DNA of 35,925 bases from Bacteroidia bacterium (GCA_035293345.1 DATDOJ010000264.1:1-35925); one strand, 5' to 3'. Counted from the stretch's first letter, positions 16,177 to 24,688 are shown. The notes: generated by a model not told the origin, from the letters alone. Program-made: numbers and translations.

Positions 16177-18831
16177 TTAACTACCTAACTCTGTCACGGA
16201 TGAAACTCTTTTATAAATGACATCATCAAAATTCTCGAAGTGCGCTATTCCGCAATCAATTTTCATTTGTTCGCTTGGTCGCAATTGCTCATCCTTTGAT
16301 TTTGTTTCTGCAACAAAATAAATTCTCTTTTCATTTTTAAACACCACTGCCCAGTCAGGGCGATACTTTCCGATTGGGGTATTAATTTCAAACTTATTAG
16401 GCAGTTTGAAATAGAATTCGATTTGCTCACTGCTCTCGCAATCTTTTGCAAATTGATTTTCTACTTTACTGTCAAGAGGGCAATAGTTTTCATAAATTGT
16501 TTTGTCAGTGTCTTTCACAGTTTGAGTGAAATCATCAATGTAAATTTCAATGTCGCTGTCATCAAACAGAGTCATTTCATAAATCTTGCCTCCGATTTTC
16601 TCATATTTAATTCCGTCAATCATTAATTGGTTTAACTGTTCTTTGATTTTTGAAACAACATTGTCCATAAACATTTGTGGGTTTAGTAATAACTCTTTTA
16701 ATCGTTTGGAAGTTTTAAGAATTTCAAAAATGGTGCTTCGTGTCAATTCTGTTTTGCTTTGTATGTAAGCAAGTGAATCAGGAATTTCAAATTGAACTCC
16801 AAAGCTATCGTCTGCACTATCACTTATTAATTGCCCATCTATCCCCTCTTCCGTAATCAATACTTTTTTCTTTGTTGACCTGATGGATGGTTTTTTTGTT
16901 TCATCCATTTTGCTTACTGCATTTGCGGAAAGTGTAATGAGTTTGGCAGTATCGTAGCTGACATTGTATTTTGTTTGATGTCTTATCTTTTCCCAAATCC
17001 GTAGGAACTTCGGATCTGCCTCAAACCCTTTTCTGTAATTTACTTTCTTCTTATCATTTAAATTTTTTATCCTGCCTGTAAATTCTACACCGCAATCTCT
17101 TTCTATTTCCTCTTGTAAACCTTTCGCATAATCTTCAAATCTTTCGTTTGCAATAACAGTCAACTTATTCAAATTCCTGTCCTTTTCTCTATCTCCATTT
17201 TGATTTACGCAAATGCGCAAACCTCTTCCTATTGTTTGTCTTTTATCTCTTTCTGTATTTATTTCTCTCAATGTGCAAATCTGAAATACATTAGGATTAT
17301 CCCAGCCTTCTTTTAATGCTGAGTGACTAAATATAAAACGAAGCGGAACATTGACATCAAGCAACCTTTCTTTGTCCTGCATAATGAGTTTGTATGTATC
17401 ATCATCTAATTGTGTTTCTCCTCCAGTATCTTTAAATCTTCCCTTGTTGTCCTGAGAGAAATAACCATTGTGCAGTTCCTCGACTGAATAAGTAATCAAA
17501 TCTTTGTACGCAGGTTTGGAAATTTCCTTTTGATAAATTTCTTCAAACCATTGTGCAAATTTTCCCTTTAGAGAATTTCCGCTGGAATCATAGTCACGAT
17601 AATTTTTTACCTTGTCAATGAAGAAAAGAGAAAGGACTTTTATTCCTTTCTCTTTATACTTCTTTTCCTTTTTCAAATGTTCCTCGACTGTTTTGGCAAT
17701 CATGAAACGCATCACCTCATCATTCATTCCGCCTTGCGTTTCACCCTTCTGTAAAACCATTCCACTCGGACTTAATTCAATTTGTTCATTGCCAAAATCA
17801 AATTCAGATATTCTTAACCCATCGTATTTTTCATTTTTGTTTGATAATAGAAACAGGTCGTCTTTCCCAACATTTGCTGTAACGGATTTTCTTTTTATCC
17901 CGTCTTCTGTGGCAACATCTATTTTTATTTTTGCTTTGATTGAATTACCTATCCGGGTGATGTTTTCTAGTTGAAGAAACGGGCTGTTGAAATCATTCTC
18001 ACTTACCACAGAATCAACTTCTATCTGCTTAACTAACCCTAAGTCATATGCTTTCACAGGATTTAGTGAATACATCAGATTATAAAGATTAGCATGTGTT
18101 GCAGAATAACGAAGCGTACAAAGAGGTTCTAAATTTTGAATTGCCTTTTTCCGAATGTCTGTTTCCATATTCTGCGGTTCGTCAATAATGACAATCGGCT
18201 TACAGCTTTGAATAAATTCAATTGGTCTTTTTCCATAGGTGTTATCCCTTTGCTGATTGATAATGTTAGCATCCTTGGCAAAGGAATCAATATTGATTAC
18301 TATAATCTGCACGCTGTTAGCCGATGCAAATCCTTTCAGGTTGGAAACCTTCCTGCTGTCGTAAACATCATAACTGAGCGGAACTTTATTGTAAAGATTT
18401 TGCAAATGCTCGTGGGTGATTTTAAGATTTTTCAAAACGCCTTCACGAATAGCAACTGATGGAACAACTATTACAAACTTTTTGAATCCATATAGCTTAT
18501 TCAATTCATAAATGGTACGGAGATAGACATAGGTCTTTCCCGTACCTGTTTCCATTTCAACAGAAAAGTTCCAACCATGCGCAAGAATTTCCTCTCGCGT
18601 CAAGATATTCAGAGCGTTATTCTTCTGAATGTGCTGAATGTTTTCTGTTAACTGGTCAAGGCGGGAAAAATCAATCTTGTTTCCGAAACCATTTTCAGAG
18701 AGCATTGCTCCGGGTTGTGTAAAAGAAAATTCAAAGTCGCCACTGCTCAGCGACTGTCCTTCAAAAATATCCGTGATAGCCCTGATGGCATCAATCTGAT
18801 ATTCCTGCTGGCTGTCAAATTGTAATTTCAT
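16177..18831 (-). CDS. res: Type III restriction-modification system, restriction/helicase subunit (Res)
   Basis: Typical Res N-terminus (MKLQFDSQQEYQIDAIRAITDIFEGQ), SF2 helicase motif I METGTGKTYVY, motif II VIIDEPQNM, and an endonuclease-like C-terminal region (KYRPDWAVVF...YFVAETK). The start overlaps the mod stop by 4 nt (ATGA). Confidence 0.9.
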   Translation of the reverse strand: MKLQFDSQQEYQIDAIRAITDIFEGQSLSSGDFEFSFTQPGAMLSENGFGNKIDFSRLDQLTENIQHIQKNNALNILTREEILAHGWNFSVEMETGTGKTYVYLRTIYELNKLYGFKKFVIVVPSVAIREGVLKNLKITHEHLQNLYNKVPLSYDVYDSRKVSNLKGFASANSVQIIVINIDSFAKDANIINQQRDNTYGKRPIEFIQSCKPIVIIDEPQNMETDIRKKAIQNLEPLCTLRYSATHANLYNLMYSLNPVKAYDLGLVKQIEVDSVVSENDFNSPFLQLENITRIGNSIKAKIKIDVATEDGIKRKSVTANVGKDDLFLLSNKNEKYDGLRISEFDFGNEQIELSPSGMVLQKGETQGGMNDEVMRFMIAKTVEEHLKKEKKYKEKGIKVLSLFFIDKVKNYRDYDSSGNSLKGKFAQWFEEIYQKEISKPAYKDLITYSVEELHNGYFSQDNKGRFKDTGGETQLDDDTYKLIMQDKERLLDVNVPLRFIFSHSALKEGWDNPNVFQICTLREINTERDKRQTIGRGLRICVNQNGDREKDRNLNKLTVIANERFEDYAKGLQEEIERDCGVEFTGRIKNLNDKKKVNYRKGFEADPKFLRIWEKIRHQTKYNVSYDTAKLITLSANAVSKMDETKKPSIRSTKKKVLITEEGIDGQLISDSADDSFGVQFEIPDSLAYIQSKTELTRSTIFEILKTSKRLKELLLNPQMFMDNVVSKIKEQLNQLMIDGIKYEKIGGKIYEMTLFDDSDIEIYIDDFTQTVKDTDKTIYENYCPLDSKVENQFAKDCESSEQIEFYFKLPNKFEINTPIGKYRPDWAVVFKNEKRIYFVAETKSKDEQLRPSEQMKIDCGIAHFENFDDVIYKRVSSVTELGS

Positions 18832-20771
18832 ATCGTCTTAAAATCTATTTCAGCATCACGCATCTGCAACATGGTATTCGTTTTCAGTTGGTCATTGCCT
18901 GTGAAAAGTTTATCAAGCGTAATTACTTTTTTTGGTTTAGCAGAAATGATTTGAGTAATTGTTTTCTGATTCATTTCTTCTAAAGCAATGATAAGTTCTC
19001 CGTCATTTACGGAATAATATTTTTCTTTAGCTTCAACATTATCCGTGAGTAAGCTGCCTGCTTTGAGCATTAGCTCATAAAGCATATTTTCTTTTTCGCT
19101 TCCTTCTTTTACCGGCTTGGTGAAAACCTCTAATTGTTGTTCTAAGTTTTCTTCCGTGATTTCATTGCCTCTCCATATCTTGAAATTGGACGATGCGAGT
19201 TTGAAAACTTTGAAACCTAAATCAAGATTTTTGTTTTCGTCCTCATTCAAAAGATTTTTGCTTTCTTTTATTTCTTTTTCAATTTTCTTTATTACTCTCC
19301 TGATTCTTTCCTTTGAAATGTCAGCGATAGTTTTGTAACCTGCTTTGTATGCCTCACTGTTTTCACCACACAATTCAGGCAATTGAACTAAAATAAATTT
19401 TCTGTTGCCTCCATCTTCTTTGTTCTTTTCTAAAACTGCTTGGGCAGTAGTTCCTGAACCCCCAAAGAAATCAAGAACTATATCGTCATCTTCAATTGAT
19501 AAGTTTATAATTTGTTTTACAAGTGCAACTGGTTTAGGAAAGTCAAAAACATTTTCAAATCCTAATTCTCTTAATTCTACTGTTCCAGTTTCAGTTAAGA
19601 AACTATTATCATCCCAAATTGATTTTGGCTTATACGTTGTCTTTCTATATTTTTCATAAATTCCAAATGAACCATCGCCTTTCTTCTTTCCTATTAAATT
19701 ACTTTGAAGTGTATGTTCGTTAATGTTTGCAATACACTTTTTTTGTCCCCAACGCCAACAGCTTTCCTTCTTCTCCGAATTGAGAGGCAATACTTCAAGA
19801 GCATATTTTTCATTCTTCACCAAACTAACTGGTGAAAATCCATCCTTGTCAGATATTTTTGGATTTACATAAACAGGATAAAAAAGATTTGGTCTATTAT
19901 GTTTGCCAAACTTCGGGTTCCTATTTCTTAATTCCCTTATATTATAATTTCCAATATCATCTTTGAGATTCAAGTCATTATTCTCTTCATCTTTTTCTAA
20001 TTCATTTAAATCCGTCTCAAAATTTTTAGTGTAAACAAGGATGTATTCGTGAGTTTTCGCAATTTGTTTAAAGGTTTGTCCTCTGCTATTTGACCTTACA
20101 ATAACTTGAGCAAAGAAATTCTCCTCTCCAAAAATTTCATTCATCAACAACCGAAGGTTGTGAACTTCATTATCATCAATGTGAACGAAAACAACTCCAT
20201 CATCTGTCAATAAATTTTTTGCTAAGAACAAACGGGGATACATCATGCTTAACCAATTGCTGTGAAAGTGTCCGCTGTCTTTGCTATTCTTCCTGAAGAA
20301 CCCTTCCTTCATTAAATAACCTTCTTCGTCTTTTTCGCCAATTCGCTTTTGATATTCTTCTTTACTTTCTTTAAAACTGTCGGGGTAAATAAAACTGTCG
20401 TTACCTGTATTGTAAGGAGGGTCAATTTCAACAACCTTTACTTTTCCGTAATATGCCTTCTGCAAAACTTTCAGCACTTCCAAATTTTCTCCTTCAATAA
20501 AAACGTTTTCTGTTTTGTCAAAGTTTATGGATTCTTGCTCAGTTGGTTTTAAAGTAGCGGTTGTGGGTTGCTGCAACACTTTAAAGGCGTCTGTCTTTCC
20601 CGCCCAGTTCAAAACGTAACGCTCATTGAGGAACTCAAGATTTTCTTTTCCAAGAGTTGCCTGAAGTTTTTCCCAATCAATTTTTCCTTCCGTAATTGCT
20701 TCAGGAAAAAGTTGTTTCAGTTTTTCTAACTGGTCTTGAAGTATGTCTAATGATTTACCGAGGTCGCTCAT
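18828..20771 (-). CDS. mod: Type III restriction-modification system, N6-adenine DNA methyltransferase subunit (Mod)
   Basis: Catalytic motif IV EIDPPYNTGNDSFIY and SAM-binding motif I VLDFFGGSGTTAQAV, in beta-class order with a variable target-recognition region between them. Gene order mod-res with translational coupling. Confidence 0.92.
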   Translation of the reverse strand: MSDLGKSLDILQDQLEKLKQLFPEAITEGKIDWEKLQATLGKENLEFLNERYVLNWAGKTDAFKVLQQPTTATLKPTEQESINFDKTENVFIEGENLEVLKVLQKAYYGKVKVVEIDPPYNTGNDSFIYPDSFKESKEEYQKRIGEKDEEGYLMKEGFFRKNSKDSGHFHSNWLSMMYPRLFLAKNLLTDDGVVFVHIDDNEVHNLRLLMNEIFGEENFFAQVIVRSNSRGQTFKQIAKTHEYILVYTKNFETDLNELEKDEENNDLNLKDDIGNYNIRELRNRNPKFGKHNRPNLFYPVYVNPKISDKDGFSPVSLVKNEKYALEVLPLNSEKKESCWRWGQKKCIANINEHTLQSNLIGKKKGDGSFGIYEKYRKTTYKPKSIWDDNSFLTETGTVELRELGFENVFDFPKPVALVKQIINLSIEDDDIVLDFFGGSGTTAQAVLEKNKEDGGNRKFILVQLPELCGENSEAYKAGYKTIADISKERIRRVIKKIEKEIKESKNLLNEDENKNLDLGFKVFKLASSNFKIWRGNEITEENLEQQLEVFTKPVKEGSEKENMLYELMLKAGSLLTDNVEAKEKYYSVNDGELIIALEEMNQKTITQIISAKPKKVITLDKLFTGNDQLKTNTMLQMRDAEIDFKTI

Positions 20772-21154
20772 GCTTTTGTGTGTTTAGCCCCGGCTTGAAA
20801 AACACAACGCGGGACTTATGTAACTTATCGCCCGTAGGTACATCCAAGCACCCCCATGCAAATAAGCTACGCCCGCGCTGTACGCGAGCGCTTCGCCTAT
20901 TCCTTGCATGGTTAAATTTTGGATGTTTTTACGGGCAAGAATTTGCTAACGCAAATTTTTATATGTCTTTAGTTTTTACACGATAGTTTTTGTTTTACAG
21001 TTTGAGCAAATGTATTTTATTTTGGGATTGGTTTTCCCTCACCCAGCTTCGGCAAGTTCAGCACCCGCTCAGCAGGATTTATAATCCTGCAATTTCATTC
21101 CCTTTCAAATCCATCCCCGCCAATCCGCGGCAGACCTAATTCCTTTCCATGTTT

Positions 21155-21433
21155 AACCCTGCCGGAGAAAGGCAGGGTTGTTTTTCTTTCATGTGTACCT
21201 CTGCCCATTGCAGGCAGGGTTACTTCTTCTTAAAACATAGGTCTGCCGGAGTTCGGCAGGGTTACAATTGCTTAAAAGATAGCCCTGCTTGTCACGAGCA
21301 GGGTTACATCTGTCTAAAAGACAGGTCTGCCGATGGCCGGCAGGGTTACATTTTCCTTAATCCTAACTCTGCTTATCGCTGGCAGGGGTATCTCTGACTT
21401 AAACATGACTCTGTCGATGGCGGGCGGGATTAC
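21155..21433 (+). ncRNA. array of seven tandem ~42-bp hairpin units (candidate multi-hairpin ncRNA or structured leader; function unknown)
   Basis: Unit consensus is cTTAAAAgAnAGgt-CTGCCg-(5-7 nt loop)-cGGCAG-GGTTAC.
Stems by unit:
- U1: AACCCTGCC/GGCAGGGTT, 21155-21179.
- U2: CTGCC/GGCAG, 21201-21217.
- U3: CTGCCG/CGGCAG, 21243-21259.
- U4: CCCTGCT/AGCAGGG, 21283-21303.
- U5: CTGCCG/CGGCAG, 21327-21343.
- U6: 21367-21387, with G-U pairs.
- U7: 21411-21427, degenerate.
The strand call rests only on the downstream + strand terminator-like hairpin. Confidence 0.5.
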
Positions 21434-21451
21434 TTTTCTTTCAGATTTGCT

Positions 21452-21482
21452 TCTGTTCATGAAGAACAGATATATATTTTTT
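21452..21482 (+). terminator. terminator-like hairpin closing the hairpin array
   Basis: TCTGTTC (21452..21458), loop ATGAA, GAACAGA (21464..21470), then TATATATTTTTT. The stem is AT-rich, so it is only moderately stable. Confidence 0.45.
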
Positions 21483-21547
21483 AAAGAGGTAACGTTTTGA
21501 GGGGGAAGTGCATTAATACTATAGGAGTATTCATAAAACCAAAGACC

Positions 21548-22177
21548 ATGAAAAAGTTTCTTGTAAAATTAGAGTTGTGGAAAAAATCCATTCCACAAAA
21601 AATTGATTTGGGCAAAGGCATATTCAAAGCAATGACAGGCAATGCAAATTTCCTATCGCCCGACCCATCGCTGGCAGAACTTGATGATGCTGTCAATGAA
21701 CTTGCAGGCGCTTCTGCCGAGGTGGAAAGTCATGGAGGCGGCACGCTGTATACATCTGTTATGAATAAGAAGGAAGATGCTTTTGATGAGGTGATGCGCA
21801 GGATGGGGCGTTACGTTGATAACACGGCAAAGGGAAATGAAAACATCATCCGCTCGGCAGGCATGGATGTGAAGAAGCAGCGCGAACCGGCACAGCTATG
21901 TGCTGCTGCTGAAAATCTTTCTGCAACACCCGGGCTGCTTTCCGGTTCTATTGACCTCCGCTGGAAACGCCCGAAGTTTGCAGTGGGGCATAACATCTAC
22001 GTGAGCGCTGACATTGAGAATAACAATGCGTGGAAACTCATCGGGCAAACAACCAACACACGGTTTACGGTTACGGGACTGGAGCCGCTGAAAGTTTATT
22101 GGTTCAAAGTGGAAGGCATCGGCTCGGCAGGCACGGGCGCTGCCAGCGACCCGGCAATGACGCATGCGGCTATGTGA
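21548..22177 (+). CDS. fibronectin type III domain protein with helical N-terminal domain and no signal peptide
   Basis: Start moved to the ATG at 21548 (MKKFLVKLELWKK...). The C-terminal ~90 aa has an FN3 pattern (LSATPGLLSGSIDLRWKRPKFAVGHNIYVS...WKLIGQTTNTRFTVTGLEPLKVYWFKVEGIGSAG). Confidence 0.75.
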   Translation: MKKFLVKLELWKKSIPQKIDLGKGIFKAMTGNANFLSPDPSLAELDDAVNELAGASAEVESHGGGTLYTSVMNKKEDAFDEVMRRMGRYVDNTAKGNENIIRSAGMDVKKQREPAQLCAAAENLSATPGLLSGSIDLRWKRPKFAVGHNIYVSADIENNNAWKLIGQTTNTRFTVTGLEPLKVYWFKVEGIGSAGTGAASDPAMTHAAM

Positions 22178-22244
22178 TTTTTTTCTGATACTTTTCTTAG
22201 AGAAAAGTAGAATGCTTGCGACCTTTGCACAAAGCAAACAGGCA

Positions 22245-22745
22245 ATGACAGAAAAGAAACAAACCAATATGGAACGCATGTTCCTCGTCATTGATGAGGT
22301 TTTTGACATGCGCAACGACCCGCTGCAATTGCAGGTGAATGACAAGGTGATTGCGAAGCTGGCACAGATTCATCCTGCAACATTATCAGAATACAATGAA
22401 GGCGAAGGTCCCATTGCATGGGTGCTTGTGATTCCCACAACAACAGAACTGATGAATCGTTTTGTAGCGGGGCAACTTTCCGAGCAGGCATTGTTCGACC
22501 AAACAAAACCGGGTATGCAATACGATGCACTTTATTTATGCTCGGCAACCACGCTTCCCGAATACAGGGGAAAAGGAATTACCAAAAAACTTTGCCTTGA
22601 TGCAATAAAAAAAATCAGCGAAGGACATCCTCTCAAAGCATTATTCGTGTGGGCGTTTTCTCCGGAGGGAAATATGCTTGCAGAAAGTGTCGCACGGGCA
22701 ACGGGATTACCGCTGTTGAAAAGGGAAATAAAAAAACTTAACTAA
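22245..22745 (+). CDS. GNAT-family N-acetyltransferase (probable)
   Basis: An acetyl-CoA-binding motif-A-like segment, LPEYRGKGITKKLCLDAIKKI (R-x-x-G-x-G/A pattern), within a ~165-aa alpha/beta-sized protein. The start is uncertain: ATG at 22212, 22245 or 22269. The track ORF start at 22164 overlaps the preceding gene. Confidence 0.65.
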   Translation: MTEKKQTNMERMFLVIDEVFDMRNDPLQLQVNDKVIAKLAQIHPATLSEYNEGEGPIAWVLVIPTTTELMNRFVAGQLSEQALFDQTKPGMQYDALYLCSATTLPEYRGKGITKKLCLDAIKKISEGHPLKALFVWAFSPEGNMLAESVARATGLPLLKREIKKLN

Positions 22746-22755
22746 CCGAATAAAC

Positions 22756-23400
22756 TTACTGCTTTATAAATTTAGCGGTGCGGGCATTTTTTCCATCCTG
22801 CAAGCGGATAAAATAAATTCCGCTGACCAAACCTGAAACGTCAACGGTGATTTTCTTTTCGTTGCTTACTATTGGCTGCTGTCTTAAAACTAAATTTCCA
22901 AGAACATTGTAAAGTTCAATGCCCGAAATCGTAAATCGTCCCGAGTACTCGGGATAAATCGTAAATTCATTTTGCACCGGATTAGGAAATATTTTTAAAT
23001 CATTCACAACAAGTTCTGAAACCGAAACCGGTCCGCACCATGTGATAACTGCTGTTGTGTCACCGAATCCTTCGGAGATTAAAAAAGTGTAATTGCTGAA
23101 ATCGGAGATGCCGGTTTGCGTGATGGTGTCGTGATATGTCTGATATGTGTTTCCGAGCTGCGCAAAAAAAGTTACCTGGTTGGAGGGATTCCCAATGGTG
23201 TCGTTTGACGGAGAAACAATTTGCACCGAAGGATAATTCAACTGACCAACGTCTCCGTTGAAAATACGAACGTTAATAAAATTCGGAATTGAGTCGTACC
23301 AAATGCTGTCAACACAAATCAAATTATAATTCACTTGTGCACCGGCATTTGTTATTGATAATAAAAGCAGAATAAAAATGAAGTAGATTTTGTTTTTCAT
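22756..23400 (-). CDS. secreted hypothetical protein with T9SS type A sorting domain
   Basis: Signal peptide MKNKIYFIFILLLLSITNAGAQ and C-terminal IFPNPVQNEFTIY...GIYFIRLQDGKNARTAKFIKQ. The start overlaps the stop of the upstream gene by 4 nt. Confidence 0.85.
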   Translation of the reverse strand: MKNKIYFIFILLLLSITNAGAQVNYNLICVDSIWYDSIPNFINVRIFNGDVGQLNYPSVQIVSPSNDTIGNPSNQVTFFAQLGNTYQTYHDTITQTGISDFSNYTFLISEGFGDTTAVITWCGPVSVSELVVNDLKIFPNPVQNEFTIYPEYSGRFTISGIELYNVLGNLVLRQQPIVSNEKKITVDVSGLVSGIYFIRLQDGKNARTAKFIKQ

Positions 23401-24599
23401 TGTTTGATTATTTTGCCTGTTACCTGTTTATTGGTATGGGTTATTGCTTTGTAAAAATAAATTCCGCCTGAGAGAAAAGATATGTCCAGAACATTGCTTC
23501 TGTTGCAAAGAACTTGGTCAAATACTTTTTCCCCCAGCGAATTTTGAATTGAGAATTCCAATAGCCGTGTGGTATTGTTTTGAACGTTCAATTCACCTGT
23601 TGATGGATTCGGATAAAGGGTAATGAGAGAATTTATACCGTGAGATTCATGTATTCCTGTGAATCCTCCGTTAGTGGTGTAAAGAACTTTCATGTCACTC
23701 ACAGCTATTCCCTGGTTGTAATTAAGGAACGAAATGGAACTTATAGGTTCATTTGCGGGAGTTATTTGCTCAGTCCAGGTATTCCCGAAATCCTGTGAGT
23801 AAAAAATTTTTCCATATAAACTGCTGGCATAAACATAAGAGGTATTGAAATCCAAATCGAAGACTGGCAACACTCCAAAGCCGTCTAAGTCAATTGGGAA
23901 ATAAAACGTTCCGGTGTTCCAGGTTCTTGTCGGATGCGACATGCTGCCTTCGGTGCCATACAGGTACCCATACTGCAGGTCTTTGAAATCATACTTTGCC
24001 TGCAGCACCAGTGGTCCGTTTGTAATGTTTAATGTATCGAAAGAAACGCAGCCATCATTGGTTTTGTAAACGTGCGCAAGGTCATTGGGATTTATGATGC
24101 GTGCGTTCAGCGAGTCAATGAACGAAAACAGATAAACCAATGCTCCGGGTTCATAATGCTGAAACAGAATTGTCCAGCTTGAACCATAATCATCGGAACG
24201 AATAATGTAGGTCGTGTCGTTGCTGGCGTAAGAGCAGAAAAGTTTTTCCCCTGTAAATTTAATTCTCTCTCCCGCGTTGCCACTGACGGATGTCCAGGTT
24301 GTTCCGCCATCGAAAGTCCTGTGAATCCATCCATACAAACTTACAAACCCGGTATCGGCATTTACAAAATCAACGTCCGTAAATTGTGCAAAGGGCCCCA
24401 TGTTAAGAACTTCATTCCATGAAATACCGCCATCAGTGCTTTTATAAACTGCCTGGTATCCGCACATGTATGCGGCATTGGCAGCCGGGTAGTCAACAGC
24501 CGCTCCTCCGGTTGTAAATGCTGATTGATTCCACTGTCCGCTTACTTGAAGTGTGGAAAACAGAATTGATAAAGTTGCAGTGATTGTAGTTAGTTTCAT
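23397..24599 (-). CDS. secreted BNR/Asp-box repeat beta-propeller protein with T9SS type A sorting domain
   Basis: Asp-box-like repeats STDGGISW, TFDGGTTW, SDDYGSSW, SQDFGNTW. C-terminal LYPNPSTGELNV...GIYFYKAITHTNKQVTGKIIKQ. The ATG at 24599 (MKLTTITATLSILF...) is preferred over the TTG at 24620 used by the track. Confidence 0.85.
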   Translation of the reverse strand: MKLTTITATLSILFSTLQVSGQWNQSAFTTGGAAVDYPAANAAYMCGYQAVYKSTDGGISWNEVLNMGPFAQFTDVDFVNADTGFVSLYGWIHRTFDGGTTWTSVSGNAGERIKFTGEKLFCSYASNDTTYIIRSDDYGSSWTILFQHYEPGALVYLFSFIDSLNARIINPNDLAHVYKTNDGCVSFDTLNITNGPLVLQAKYDFKDLQYGYLYGTEGSMSHPTRTWNTGTFYFPIDLDGFGVLPVFDLDFNTSYVYASSLYGKIFYSQDFGNTWTEQITPANEPISSISFLNYNQGIAVSDMKVLYTTNGGFTGIHESHGINSLITLYPNPSTGELNVQNNTTRLLEFSIQNSLGEKVFDQVLCNRSNVLDISFLSGGIYFYKAITHTNKQVTGKIIKQ

Positions 24600-24658
24600 G
24601 AGTGGAAAATTATTTTGCAAGATTATATCATCCTCTTTCTTTCATCAATGCCAAATTA

Positions 24659-24688
24659 ACGGATTGCATGGTAACTTTCACGGATTGC
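24659..24688. promoter_or_regulatory. 9-bp direct repeat ACGGATTGC x2 spaced 21 bp apart, in the divergent promoter region next to the AraC gene
   Basis: ACGGATTGC at 24659..24667 and at 24680..24688, exact copies with starts 21 bp apart. They lie 59-88 nt upstream of the AraC-family gene start. Confidence 0.4.

Noticed and set aside
20940-20960. Terminator-like hairpin AATTTGC-TAAC-GCAAATT followed by a T-run on the + strand, upstream of mod.
   Set aside because: No + strand gene or obvious promoter lies upstream for it to terminate. The stem is short and AT-rich. It is noted only as part of the structured flank of the R-M island.
21034-21048. A second CCTCACCC motif that might be a remnant copy of the palindromic element found inside the helicase gene.
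   Set aside because: Only the 8-mer matches, and one or two such matches are expected by chance in 36 kb on two strands. The adjacent sequence does not continue the similarity.
21061-21110. tRNA-like anticodon stem-loop (CAGGA-TTTATAA-TCCTG, around 21073..21089) that might mark a tRNA or tRNA-fragment attachment site at the edge of the R-M island.
   Set aside because: The flanking sequence cannot be folded into acceptor, D and T arms. The TTCAAAT downstream has no pairing stem, so this is just an isolated hairpin.
21149-21397. The 82-aa ORF across the hairpin array encodes a 14-aa repeat peptide (…RQGYxxLKxRSA…, several Cys). It is superficially like a multi-core RiPP precursor or a repeat protein.
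   Set aside because: The frame stays open largely because the DNA period (42 bp) is a multiple of three. The conserved positions are the hairpin stems and their flank, and the stems change in a compensatory, base-pair-preserving way, which argues for nucleic-acid-level selection. No maturation enzymes are adjacent. It is kept only as an alternative to be excluded by proteomics or Ribo-seq.
21155-21433. CRISPR array interpretation of the tandem hairpin units.
   Set aside because: The total period is only ~42 bp. The spacer part between hairpins is itself semi-conserved, and the truly variable part is a 5-7 nt loop. No cas genes or leader-like features are in the window.
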